NCBI GenBank assembly: GCA_963701295.1
Contig: OY969585.1
Coordinates: forward strand, 3,424,001-3,488,000
Direction of reading: 5' to 3'
Source: Ignavibacteriota bacterium
GTDB lineage: Bacteria > Bacteroidota > Ignavibacteria > UBA10030
Length of the DNA stretch: 64,000 nt
Shown here: piece after piece, positions 39,462 through 49,800 of the stretch
How positions within the stretch are numbered: position 1 is the first letter of the stretch
Layout: every line of letters begins with the position of its first letter
The notes under the pieces: generated by a model
The model's input: the letters and a program-made list of their open reading frames with translations, nothing else
What the model was told of the DNA's origin: nothing
Databases searched by the model: none
Position numbers and translations under genes: made by a program

Positions 39462-41294
39462 TTATTCCGTAAGCATCATCGTTACGGCATCCACTCTACC
39501 AAACGGCGCAGAGATTTGAACTCCTTGTACTTCCGTCCGAACTTGCCGGTAGGTCTCGCTGGCTATTTTTACACCTTCACGAAATGCCTCTTCCTTCGTT
39601 CTCGTATTTCTCATTCGTTCCATAATTTCTGCTGGAACAGAAGCACCAGGCACCTCATTATTCATGAATTCTGCATTTCGATATGACACGAGCGGCCAGA
39701 TACCACAAAGAATCGGCATCTTAATATGATCGATTCGTTTAAGAAACTTTTCAAGAATTTTCAAATCAAAAACCGGTTGCGTTATCATATACTCCGCTCC
39801 GGCTTGAATCTTCCAATCAAGACGACGCAGTTCTTCATCAAGATTAATGGCACCGGGATTCACTCCAACTGCTATCGAAAATCCCGTTGGTTCGCCGATA
39901 GAATTACCAGCAAAATCAAGTCCATGATTCAAACGGTTAATCAGATTGGTGAGACCTATGGCATCGACATCAAAGACCGCTGTGGCATCGGGGTAATTGC
40001 CTAGTTTTGGAGGATCGCCGGTAATTGCCAGAATATTCCGAATCCCAAGTGCCCATGCTCCGAGTAAATCCGATTGCATCCCGATAATGTTGCGATCACG
40101 ACAAGCGATATGAAGCACCGGCTCGATACCAACTTTATTGTGAATTTGTACTGCCATTGCTAAAGCTGACATCCGTGCTGAAGCGCGCGGTCCGTCAGGA
40201 ATATTAATAGCATCAATACCATATTCGTACAATGTCTTTGCTTTCGCTATTTCTTTTTCTGCAGAGATTCCTTTTGGAGAAACAAGTTCGACAAGTTTAA
40301 CAAATTCATTGCAAACCAGCTTTTTTGAAAGACGAGATTTTTCTTCTTTCTGATACATGCGTATTTGTTCTGGTTTCTCAATTTTGAGTGTCTCAACTTT
40401 CACGTCCATCCGCTTCGATGGCTGCAGTGCATGTACAGCACGGCGAATCGCTTTGATGTGCGTTGGATTTGTTCCACAACATCCCCCAACAATCGATGCG
40501 CCCGTTTGAATAAAGCGCTTGGCATATTCCGCCATATATTCTGGTGAAGTCATATAGAGATTTCTACCGCCGATGTTCTGCGGTAAGCCTGCATTGGGTT
40601 GAACCGAAAGCGGTAATGTCGTCAATTCCCGCAGACGTTCGAGTGCTTCCAACATCAACCGTGGACCTTCCGAACAATTCAATCCGATTGCCTCGACATG
40701 ATATGGAGATAGTCCTTCTACAAACCGCTGAAGTGATTCACCTGAGAGAAGATTGCCTTCGTTATTGATTGTCACTTGTGCCAGAATAGGAACATCCGCT
40801 TGCAATTCTCTTATAGCCCTCACACCTTGGATAAGTTCCTCTATTAAACTAAACGTTTCAAATACAATGAGGTCGACGCCTCCGTCGAGCAATCCCTTGA
40901 TTTGCTCGGCAAAGGTAGCTCTTGCTTCATCAAACGACAATTTACCAAGAGGTTCAATTTGGACTCGAAGCGGCCCTACTGACCCGGCAACCAATGCGGA
41001 ATCTTTCGCAACAGATTTTGCTAACCGTGCTCCTTTGTAATTAATCTCGTATACTTTTGACTCAAGTCCATGGGGAGCAAGAGCAAACGTATTGGCACCA
41101 AACGTATTTGTTTCGATGACATCGGCGCCTGCGTTAACATAATCCCGATGTAATTCCATTACCAATTCTGGATTTGTTAGATTGAGTTCTTCAAAACATC
41201 GATTAATATAGATGCCCTTGTCGTACAGATACGTTCCAGTCCCGCCATCGAAAACAATGATTTCACTTTGAAGCCGTTCTCTAAAAGATTTCAT
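39462..41294 (-). CDS. Bifunctional homocysteine S-methyltransferase / methylenetetrahydrofolate reductase (YitJ-like)
   Basis: DGGTGT, ETNTFGAN, GLNC and GGCCGT, then MTHFR domain ACRDRN..ITGDPP..ITQPVF. Confidence 0.92.
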   Translation of the reverse strand: MKSFRERLQSEIIVFDGGTGTYLYDKGIYINRCFEELNLTNPELVMELHRDYVNAGADVIETNTFGANTFALAPHGLESKVYEINYKGARLAKSVAKDSALVAGSVGPLRVQIEPLGKLSFDEARATFAEQIKGLLDGGVDLIVFETFSLIEELIQGVRAIRELQADVPILAQVTINNEGNLLSGESLQRFVEGLSPYHVEAIGLNCSEGPRLMLEALERLRELTTLPLSVQPNAGLPQNIGGRNLYMTSPEYMAEYAKRFIQTGASIVGGCCGTNPTHIKAIRRAVHALQPSKRMDVKVETLKIEKPEQIRMYQKEEKSRLSKKLVCNEFVKLVELVSPKGISAEKEIAKAKTLYEYGIDAINIPDGPRASARMSALAMAVQIHNKVGIEPVLHIACRDRNIIGMQSDLLGAWALGIRNILAITGDPPKLGNYPDATAVFDVDAIGLTNLINRLNHGLDFAGNSIGEPTGFSIAVGVNPGAINLDEELRRLDWKIQAGAEYMITQPVFDLKILEKFLKRIDHIKMPILCGIWPLVSYRNAEFMNNEVPGASVPAEIMERMRNTRTKEEAFREGVKIASETYRQVRTEVQGVQISAPFGRVDAVTMMLTE

Positions 41295-41429
41295 CTCATG
41301 AGTTCCAAGAGGGATTGATGCAATTCTTTTATTCTAAGATAGGGATATAATGAGTGGGCTTCAAGCGGACTATCGAGATGAACAATAACAAATAAAAGTA
41401 CAGCTCTACAGTAAGAAAAGCTGCCGCTA

Positions 41430-42206
41430 TTATTGTTTCCGCGCCAGGAGCACCTGCTTCACTTCTTCAAGCTGGTCTACTGTATTCACACCCATAATTT
41501 CCTCACCCTGCATTGTCTTCAGTGCTGATACCTTCCATCGACGTCTCCAGAAATGCTCAAACACGTCGGTCAGGTAGTATTCATTCTGAATATTTTGTGG
41601 TGTGATATGTTTCAATCCATTAAAGAGTTTCTGTCCGTTAAACACATAAATTCCGGAATTGATCTCCTTCACCTGACGTTCTTCTTCGGTTGCATCTTTG
41701 TGCTCAACAATTCTTTTTACTGACCCATCATTGTTGCGAATAATACGACCATACCCTGTCGGGTCAGCAAAATCGGCGGTTAATATAGTTGCCGACGCTG
41801 CTGTTTGATGATGGTGGTCAATGAGTTCCTGCATGCTATCGGCAGTGAGCAATGGGACATCCCCGGACAGGACCACAACATCGCCGGTAAAATCTTTGAG
41901 CACTGCTTCGGTCTGCATCACTGCATGGCCTGTTCCAAGCTGCTCTGCCTGCACGGCAATTTCGACATTCGGATGAGAATTCTGGAGATACTGAATGACT
42001 GTATCACGCTGGTATCCGACGATTACGATAACATGAGAAGCTTTTAACATCTTCGCAAGATCAACAACATAGTGCACCATCGGTTTGCCGAGCACTTCAT
42101 ACATCACCTTGGCTTTGGATGAATCTTTCATGCGCGTTCCTTTCCCTGCAGCCATAATAACTGCCGCAAGTGGACGCTGAATTGGGGAGGTACTATTCTT
42201 CTGCAT
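41430..42206 (-). CDS. Sugar-phosphate nucleotidyltransferase (GlmU N-terminal domain only)
   Basis: MAAGKGTRMK, QLGTGHA, GDVPL, GYGRI, EINSG and EYYLTD; no hexapeptide domain. Confidence 0.88.
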   Translation of the reverse strand: MQKNSTSPIQRPLAAVIMAAGKGTRMKDSSKAKVMYEVLGKPMVHYVVDLAKMLKASHVIVIVGYQRDTVIQYLQNSHPNVEIAVQAEQLGTGHAVMQTEAVLKDFTGDVVVLSGDVPLLTADSMQELIDHHHQTAASATILTADFADPTGYGRIIRNNDGSVKRIVEHKDATEEERQVKEINSGIYVFNGQKLFNGLKHITPQNIQNEYYLTDVFEHFWRRRWKVSALKTMQGEEIMGVNTVDQLEEVKQVLLARKQ

Positions 42207-42212
42207 AGTTGA

Positions 42213-43085
42213 CTAAGGTATGATGGGAATGAGAGAATTGTCAATCAGGCGTGTAGTACCAAACCGCACTGCAAGTGCCACTAAAATTTCAGGGTGATTG
42301 AGATGGTCTATTTCGGAAAAAGTAGCGGGATCGACGAATGCAATATAATCAATCTGTGTTGGTGCACCCGATTGGACAATGTTCAGCATTTCCCTCCGCA
42401 ATAATGCAATCGAACGTTCACCTTGCCGGATCCGCTCTGACGCATGTTGAAGTGAATGGAATAGTACTAATGCACTTTTTCGCTCGGTTTCATTTAAGTA
42501 CATGTTGCGTGAGCTCATTGCCAGCCCGTCTGCTTCTCGAACAATCGGCGCAACAATAATATCAACATTAAAGTTTAAATCCTTAACCATCTTTCGGATG
42601 AGAAATGCCTGCTGCGCATCTTTTTGCCCGAAGACTGCTATGTGTGGCTTTGTGATGTTCAGAAGTTTCGCTACGACTGTTGTTACACCCCGAAAATGTT
42701 TAGGACGAAAGGCCCCTTCCAATCTATTTGATACTCCTTCAACTTCAACGATACTGCTGAACCCCGTTGGATATATTTCCTCAGTATCAGGATAGAAAAT
42801 AATGTCCGAACCAGCCATGTGAGCAACAACTTTGTCACGTTCGAAATCTCTAGGGTAACGAGTAAAGTCTTCGTTTGGGCCAAACTGTGTTGGATTAACA
42901 AAGATCGTTGTTATGACAATATCTGCAAGAGAACTTGCTCGTTCAATAAGACTCATGTGTCCCTTGTGCAAATATCCCATAGTTGGGATAACGGCAATTT
43001 TCTTCCCTTCACACCGGAACTTCCTAGAGACTTCCTGCATTTCCTGGACAGTTTTCAGAATTTGGACAGGCAACGCAGATTTCAT
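42213..43085 (-). CDS. panC: Pantoate--beta-alanine ligase
   Basis: PTMGYLHKGH, FGQKDAQQ, GLAMSSRN and RLIDN. Confidence 0.96.
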   Translation of the reverse strand: MKSALPVQILKTVQEMQEVSRKFRCEGKKIAVIPTMGYLHKGHMSLIERASSLADIVITTIFVNPTQFGPNEDFTRYPRDFERDKVVAHMAGSDIIFYPDTEEIYPTGFSSIVEVEGVSNRLEGAFRPKHFRGVTTVVAKLLNITKPHIAVFGQKDAQQAFLIRKMVKDLNFNVDIIVAPIVREADGLAMSSRNMYLNETERKSALVLFHSLQHASERIRQGERSIALLRREMLNIVQSGAPTQIDYIAFVDPATFSEIDHLNHPEILVALAVRFGTTRLIDNSLIPIIP

Positions 43086-43088
43086 TGA

Positions 43089-43946
43089 TCAACCTATGAG
43101 ATGATGCAGCATCTTCGTGACCGTTTCCTTGAGCTCTTTTCGATGTACAACTAAGTCGACGAATCCTTTATCTAATAAAAACTCTGAACGCTGGAATCCT
43201 TTTGGTAAATCCTTGCCAATCGTTTGTTTGATAACGCGGGGACCGGCAAAACCGATCAGCGCCTCAGGTTCGGCAATATGTACATCACCCAGCATAGCAA
43301 AGCTTGCTGTAACCCCGCCAGTCGTTGGATCTGTAAGAATGGAAATATACGGTACACCGGCATCGGAAAGTTGTGCAAGCTTTGCACTCATCTTCGCCAT
43401 CTGCATCAAAGATAAAGCCCCTTCCATCATCCGTGCACCACCAGTAGATGAGATGATGATCAACGGTTGTCTCTTTTTACGTGCGATTTCAGTAGCGCGG
43501 GCAATTTTCTCGCCAACTACAGAACCCATGCTTCCACCAATAAACGAAAAATCCATGCAGGCAACCACTACAGGAATTCCGTTCATCATTCCTTCACAGG
43601 TCCGTACAGCATCAAAGAGCCCTGTCTTTTTGATGGTTGCAGAGATACGCCTTGCATACTGTTTCGTATCAACGAATCCCAATGGATCGACGGACCGCAT
43701 TTTTTTATCCATCTCCTTAAAATCCCCTCCATCAAGCAGGATCTCGAAATATTCTTTGCTACCGATACGAAAATGGAAGTTACATTTAGGGCAAGTGAAC
43801 AGATTTTGTTCTAACTGTTTCTTGTGGATGATCTCGCTGCAGCCATTACACTTTGTCCACATGCCATCAGGAATATCTTTCTTCTGCCCATCCGATGAGA
43901 TATTTTCTTTTGACCGCTTGAACCACGCCATATATATCTCCTTCAC
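43089..43946 (-). CDS. accD: Acetyl-CoA carboxylase carboxyltransferase subunit beta
   Basis: C4 zinc finger, GGSMGSVVGEK, GGARMMEG and GFAGPRVI. Confidence 0.96.
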   Translation of the reverse strand: MKEIYMAWFKRSKENISSDGQKKDIPDGMWTKCNGCSEIIHKKQLEQNLFTCPKCNFHFRIGSKEYFEILLDGGDFKEMDKKMRSVDPLGFVDTKQYARRISATIKKTGLFDAVRTCEGMMNGIPVVVACMDFSFIGGSMGSVVGEKIARATEIARKKRQPLIIISSTGGARMMEGALSLMQMAKMSAKLAQLSDAGVPYISILTDPTTGGVTASFAMLGDVHIAEPEALIGFAGPRVIKQTIGKDLPKGFQRSEFLLDKGFVDLVVHRKELKETVTKMLHHLIG

Positions 43947-43964
43947 CTATCTTAAATCAATTTA

Positions 43965-44642
43965 TCATGCTTTCACATGTGTCCGTATGACGAAATCTTT
44001 CAAGTACATCGGTTCTAGATTTTCGGGAGCATTCTTCATGCCATCCTTCAGTTTTTCGATGGCAATACGTGCTATTACATCCCCGCGACAATATGAGAGA
44101 ATATTTTCAATAACTCCACTTTTATCTGAGATCTTCTTCAGTTCATCAATTCGATCTGTAACAATCACCGTTTCTCCTGTCATAGCAGAAAGCGCTGCAA
44201 TAAGGTTTCCGATTTGCACAGGAAGAAATTCGCAAAGTGTACCGTTCTTTTTTTCGTATGCACCAAGATAATAATCCCCCTGCTTTGCATCAACACACAC
44301 AACAACTCTATCGATTTGCGGGTGAGACGTGAATACCGCTTCTGCAACAGATTCAAATGCCGGAATTGCGATAAGAGGCTTTCCCCAAGCATAACATAAT
44401 CCTTTTGCAGTGCTCAATCCAATGCGAAGTCCTGTAAAAGAACCTGGGCCGATTGAAACTGCAACACCATCTATTTGTGGCAATGTGATTTTCTGATTTT
44501 CGCATACTTCTCGAATCAACGTCAACAATTTCTCCGAATGAATATGCGATTCAACAAGCGACCGTTCAGCATGCAAACCTGATTCGTTTATCAATCCAAC
44601 TGAACAAACAGCAGTCGATGTTTCGATGCCAAGAACCGTCAT
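43965..44642 (-). CDS. tsaB: tRNA t6A modification protein TsaB
   Basis: LGIETST and GPGSFTGLRIG. Confidence 0.93.
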   Translation of the reverse strand: MTVLGIETSTAVCSVGLINESGLHAERSLVESHIHSEKLLTLIREVCENQKITLPQIDGVAVSIGPGSFTGLRIGLSTAKGLCYAWGKPLIAIPAFESVAEAVFTSHPQIDRVVVCVDAKQGDYYLGAYEKKNGTLCEFLPVQIGNLIAALSAMTGETVIVTDRIDELKKISDKSGVIENILSYCRGDVIARIAIEKLKDGMKNAPENLEPMYLKDFVIRTHVKA

Positions 44643-45088
44643 TGTTTTTCCACTTCATGAATTTCAATCCGACGCTCGTTCTCATCCGCTCCGACCGATA
44701 GTCGGACGTCATACCTTCGCTCCGGCAGTAGATCGCTAAGCATTTCTGCCCATTCAATAAGACAAATACCGTCTCCTTGAAGAAATTCCTCGTACCCAAG
44801 ATCATACAGCTCGGTAAGTGACTTTACTCGGTACAAATCAAAATGGTACATCAAAAGTTCATTTCCGCTTTTGTCCACACCATCGTACCTGTTAAGAATG
44901 ACAAAGGACGGACTTGTTGCCGGTGTATGTGCCTTAAATGTACGGCATACACCTTTCACAAACTGCGTTTTTCCACTCCCCAAATCACCATACAGTGCCA
45001 CGACATCACCGCGCCGTAAGTTGCTGGCAAATGTATATGCCAGAGAAATTGTTCCCTCTGTTGATGTGGTGGTGTACGCCTCGATCAT
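44639..45088 (-). CDS. tsaE: tRNA t6A ATPase TsaE
   Basis: GDLGSGKT, SPSF, HFDLYR and IEWAE. Confidence 0.94.
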   Translation of the reverse strand: MIEAYTTTSTEGTISLAYTFASNLRRGDVVALYGDLGSGKTQFVKGVCRTFKAHTPATSPSFVILNRYDGVDKSGNELLMYHFDLYRVKSLTELYDLGYEEFLQGDGICLIEWAEMLSDLLPERRYDVRLSVGADENERRIEIHEVEKQ

Positions 45089-46650
45089 TTTGATTCAAAC
45101 TTCACAATGGGCAGAATCATTTCCTCCATTGAAATACCGCCATGCTGGAAGCTGTCACGGTACTGGCTGAGATACTTATGATACTCTGTAGGATACACAA
45201 AGAAGTAATCTTCTTTTGCCATCACATAATTCGTGGTGACGTTTCCCCTCGGCAACCTGTATTCTATTGGACTTTTTACAAAGACCGCTTGTTTGCTATC
45301 AACTTTCAGATTTCTACCAAACTTGAACCGTAGATTTACCGATGCATCCCGGTCACCGATCACTTTCGAACCACGCATGCAACGGACACTTCCGTGGTCT
45401 GTCGTAAGGATGATCTTGACGTTCTTCTGCGTTGCGAGTGTCTTGAGCATACCAAAAAGTGACGAATGTTGAAACCACGACCGCGTAAGCGAACGATACG
45501 CCGCTTCGTCTGGAGCAATTTCTTTGAGGAGCGCTGAATCTGAACGTCCATGTGCAAGCATATCAACAAAATTCACAACGACAGATGTCAATCGACTTTT
45601 TGTGTAAGAAAGGATGTTCCCTTCAAATTGCCTTCCAAATTCGGCATCTATAATTTTTATGTACTTCGACTCTGGCTTCAACTGGATGCGCCTACGTTCC
45701 AAGAGCTTATCTATCAGCTGGTGCTCAAATCTGTTCCGGCTGTTTTCATCGTCGTCACCTTCAGACGACCATAATTCAGGGAATTGCTTTTCGATTTCGG
45801 CAGGAAAGAATCCGCTGAAAATTGCGTTCCGTGCATAGGGAGTCGCAGTGGGAAGAATACTGAAATAATACTGTTTATGAAAAGTGAAGTATTCTGCGAG
45901 CAGTTCTTCCATAATGAGCCATTGATCGAGTCGCAAACAATCGATAACAAAGAAAAAAACAGATGTGTGTTCATTCAGTTCGGGAATTACGCACCGCTCT
46001 ACGACGTCGGGTGAGAGCAAGATCGGACGTTTTAAATTCTCGATCCATCGATGATAGTTACGTTCGACAAATTTGCCAAACTCTGCATTACATTCGCGCT
46101 TCTGATCCTGAAGGGTCTGCCGGAGTCCTAATTCTGGATGAGAGTCCAATTCCATATCCCAACTGGTGATTTTAAGATACAGATCAATCCAATCTTCCTC
46201 GGCAAGCGGAGTGTTCAAGGAAAGATTGATGTTTTGAAATTCTTTGATATAGTCGCGTGAGACTTGCGCGCCGGCAATTTTCTTCGCTTCCAGAATTTTC
46301 TTACATGCCATAAGAATCTGGCTGGGATTCACCGGCTTCACTAAATAATCTGTGATTTTGCTTCCGATAGCTTCTTCCATTAAGCTCTCTGTTTCACTCT
46401 TCGTTACCATGACCACCGGAAGTGTCGGAGAAATATTCTTCATCGCCGAAAGAGTCTGCAATCCTCCCATACCGGGCATCATTTCATCGAGAAAGACCAA
46501 GTCGTAGCCTTTTGTCTTGACCATCTCGACCGCATCCTCGCCATTTGCTGCCGTATCTACCTGATACCCCTTTTGCTCTAACAACCGCAAATGAGGGCGC
46601 AATAAGTCGATTTCATCATCGACCCAAAGTATTTTTTTGAGAGATTCCAT
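45085..46650 (-). CDS. porX: Response regulator with PglZ/alkaline-phosphatase domain (PorX-like)
   Basis: Receiver domain, IDCLRLDQW, SILPTATPYARNA, TTDHG and FQHGGISMEEM; adjacent to tsaE. Confidence 0.88.
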   Translation of the reverse strand: MESLKKILWVDDEIDLLRPHLRLLEQKGYQVDTAANGEDAVEMVKTKGYDLVFLDEMMPGMGGLQTLSAMKNISPTLPVVMVTKSETESLMEEAIGSKITDYLVKPVNPSQILMACKKILEAKKIAGAQVSRDYIKEFQNINLSLNTPLAEEDWIDLYLKITSWDMELDSHPELGLRQTLQDQKRECNAEFGKFVERNYHRWIENLKRPILLSPDVVERCVIPELNEHTSVFFFVIDCLRLDQWLIMEELLAEYFTFHKQYYFSILPTATPYARNAIFSGFFPAEIEKQFPELWSSEGDDDENSRNRFEHQLIDKLLERRRIQLKPESKYIKIIDAEFGRQFEGNILSYTKSRLTSVVVNFVDMLAHGRSDSALLKEIAPDEAAYRSLTRSWFQHSSLFGMLKTLATQKNVKIILTTDHGSVRCMRGSKVIGDRDASVNLRFKFGRNLKVDSKQAVFVKSPIEYRLPRGNVTTNYVMAKEDYFFVYPTEYHKYLSQYRDSFQHGGISMEEMILPIVKFESK

Positions 46651-46807
46651 TTATTCCTGAAGTAAAGTACCTATTCCACGCACGAGAATCAATGTAAGAG
46701 ACGTGGACGAAATACATAATTTAGAATAGTTTATTTTTCTTTCGCTAACTTCTTTGACATATATTATATGATAGAACAATATCCTCGCTTATTTCTCAAG
46801 AATCGGA

Positions 46808-49800
46808 TTATTTAATAGCAATGTTAACATCCAATCCGCCTTCATTGGTTGTAGAACCGGAGATTGTCGATCCACCTGCATCGGGAGAAAGTTTGGTGTA
46901 ACGATAATACAATGACGCGGTGACGCGTTCGCTCAGAGTGTACCGAATGCGCGGTTCTATTGTCGTAGTGCTTTGACCTCCCATCGGAAGGCCGCCACTT
47001 TGGAAATCGGTGAAATCATAACGGAGAGTGGAATTATGTGAGTAGCCGTAGGTGAGTGAGATATCAATGTTGTTCATGAGCGACAGGCCAAAAAAAGGAA
47101 TTTCAAATCCTTGCCGGCTAAACGTTCCGGAGATAGCAATATCCGATCTTGAATCTTCTCCAACATTCGATGAAGATGGCGTGAGATTGTACGTTGTAGT
47201 TTCATTGTACCGGAATGTAGCGCTCAATTTCCCTTTACCGAGGTCCTTGAATGTGATATTCAAACCGATTAATGGAGCAAACCCATACATAACCGATTGA
47301 TTTGTGATATCTTTCTCACCCACTTGTGTCAATTGCCAGTTCTCTGTATAGGTTGATGAATATGAATGATCGAGCGAGACAGACGACGCAAAACTCTTAA
47401 AGAGACTGAAGCTCTCCAATCCAGCCCATCTGATGGACCAATTGGCACGCGGTGCAATCGACCCAAGAATCTTCGTTAACCAAGGGAACGCTTCAAGCCC
47501 TTGCTCAAATGCTTGTGATAATTTAGCTGCATCGGTAGTTGAGTTATTCACGTCTTGCTGTTGCAGCGCTATATACTTCTTGTTCACATTGTCAAGATTC
47601 GTATTAAAGAATTTAAACATCAAGAAAGACGGCAGCGCAATATATGAGCGACTAATACTTCCGGTGACAGGTACTGTTCGCATTATAGGGGATACCGGTG
47701 GAGTCATTGCTGGTTGTGTTTTCATTATAGCTCCATCCAACTTTCCAATTTAAGTCAAGAGTTGCTCCCTCCCATAATGGGCGCGAGGTTTGTACGGAAA
47801 TATTATTATTCTGTGAATAATTATCCATTAAACTGACAACACCACTCGTATCTGAAGCGCGAAGACCCGGTACAGTGTACCCTGTAATAAACGGGAAAGC
47901 TCCTTTTGTCTTTAACAGCAAGCGACCGTTCGGGTCCGACGTAAGTCCGAGTTGATAGAATAGCGAAGGACCGTTTTCGATCAGCGATGATTGGAAAAAT
48001 GGGACTCGTGCAAATAGATTAGCAAATCCATTACTGCCGTACACACCGTTGTTTTGTGCCGAATTCGATTGAGTGAAGCTGATATTAAATTTTTCGAAAT
48101 CGAATAATGTATTTTTTATCAATAACCGCGTGATATCTCCAAACGATTTCAGCGGGCTAATTGATTTTTTTCCCTTACCGGTATCCGCCGGTGCCGATGC
48201 TGGTGTTGCAGACCAAATGGCTTCTGTGATCGGCTTAAGGCTGACATCCAGTGAGAATGAAGGATTTGCGGCCCAGTTTGCGCTCTTACCCAGTGGACCT
48301 AACGAAATATTATTTATCCAGCCATAATTTACGCCATACCGGAAATTGGGAGTAACTATCTTATCCAGCATGAGCACTTTCGGCGCTGTAAGTTTTGTGT
48401 TGAATGTTATTGATTGATTATAATTCTGATCGATGCCAAAGTTGATAAGGTGGTCGCTGAAGAATATATCACTGAGAATGTCGTAGAAAGAACGTAGTTT
48501 TCCGTTTCGTTTTTCCAAATTGTCAAGTGAACTTGAAATATTCACATTATAAGCGACGCCAAAATCGAACAATCCGCCTTCAAAGAATTGCCAATTGAAG
48601 TTCATGGACCGCGAGGCAGACATACTATGCGTAGTATCACTTCCCGATGTCTCTGTGCGCGCTTGTGATTCTGACTGGCTCCGGTTGAGCGACGCACCGA
48701 TACTTATCTGTTGTGGAGTGAAGAATAGTTTAAAATTCTTCCAGGGGCGCAGGACAAAGAAATCACCAAAAATGGAAAAAGGTGTTATATAGTTATTTTT
48801 ATTAAATTGTGTGCCATACAGAAAATTTGCGCCCCAATTCCATGCTTCATAAAATTCAGTTGACGGATCACGTCTGTGAGATATTGAGTAATTATATCCA
48901 AATGTCATCTTATTGATTGTCTCTGTCACAAGCCATGTTTTAAAAGGAATGTTAAATTTTATAGTCGGTACGGAATATGAATCCGTTATACTTAGATTCT
49001 CCGACTTGAGACGCACATCGTCTGCATTCTTGTATTCACGCGTGCTGCTTTTGGAAGTATCTGCTGCAACGGCGGCGGCCGCTGTCTCCACTAAAATATC
49101 TGTGCCGGGAACATACAGCGACTTTGCCATCGATTCTGAATGCGAATAACTTGCATCGAGAACTGTACCAGCCCAAGATTCCGGGAGCAATTTACCGAAA
49201 CTGAAGGCAGTTGAGATGTTCCAGCTTCTGCTCGTGTTGCGTGTACCAAAAGCGTCTTCCAATTGATGAAAGAATGGATTTGTTTCAGTCAAAGAAAACG
49301 CAATATTACCGATATCTGCAAGGGATATTTTTGCATCTAATTTATATGCCCACCCCGGTGTATCGTCTACATCGGTGAGACGGAGTTCGTCTGCCCACAA
49401 TTCACCGGTAAGAACGGTATCACCCTTTCTAAGAGCGGTATCGCCCTTTCCTGGATTTTGAACACCAAGAGAAATAAATTTTATTGCATCCAATCTCGGA
49501 TTTCCAAGCATCCGATATTTTGCACCTGGTGGTCCGCCAATTATTGTCTTTCCACGAGAGGCGGTGAGGCTATCAATTGCCTTAAGGTTAGTAAGATCGG
49601 CAAACTTAATAATCACATCGTTTCCCTGCCAATCTGGATGTACAGGTGCACTGTATTCGTAATAATTATATATGTCATCGCCAAAGCGAATGAAAAATCG
49701 GGCATCGTATTTGTTTGTATCTGTATATATAAATTGATGATATCCTTTTACACTTTCTAACCCTGTTTCACCATGAACAAACATCTTGAGCGTATGATAG

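Noticed and set aside
43117-44271. 384-aa plus-strand ORF
   Set aside because: Antisense shadow of accD/tsaB with no recognisable motifs.
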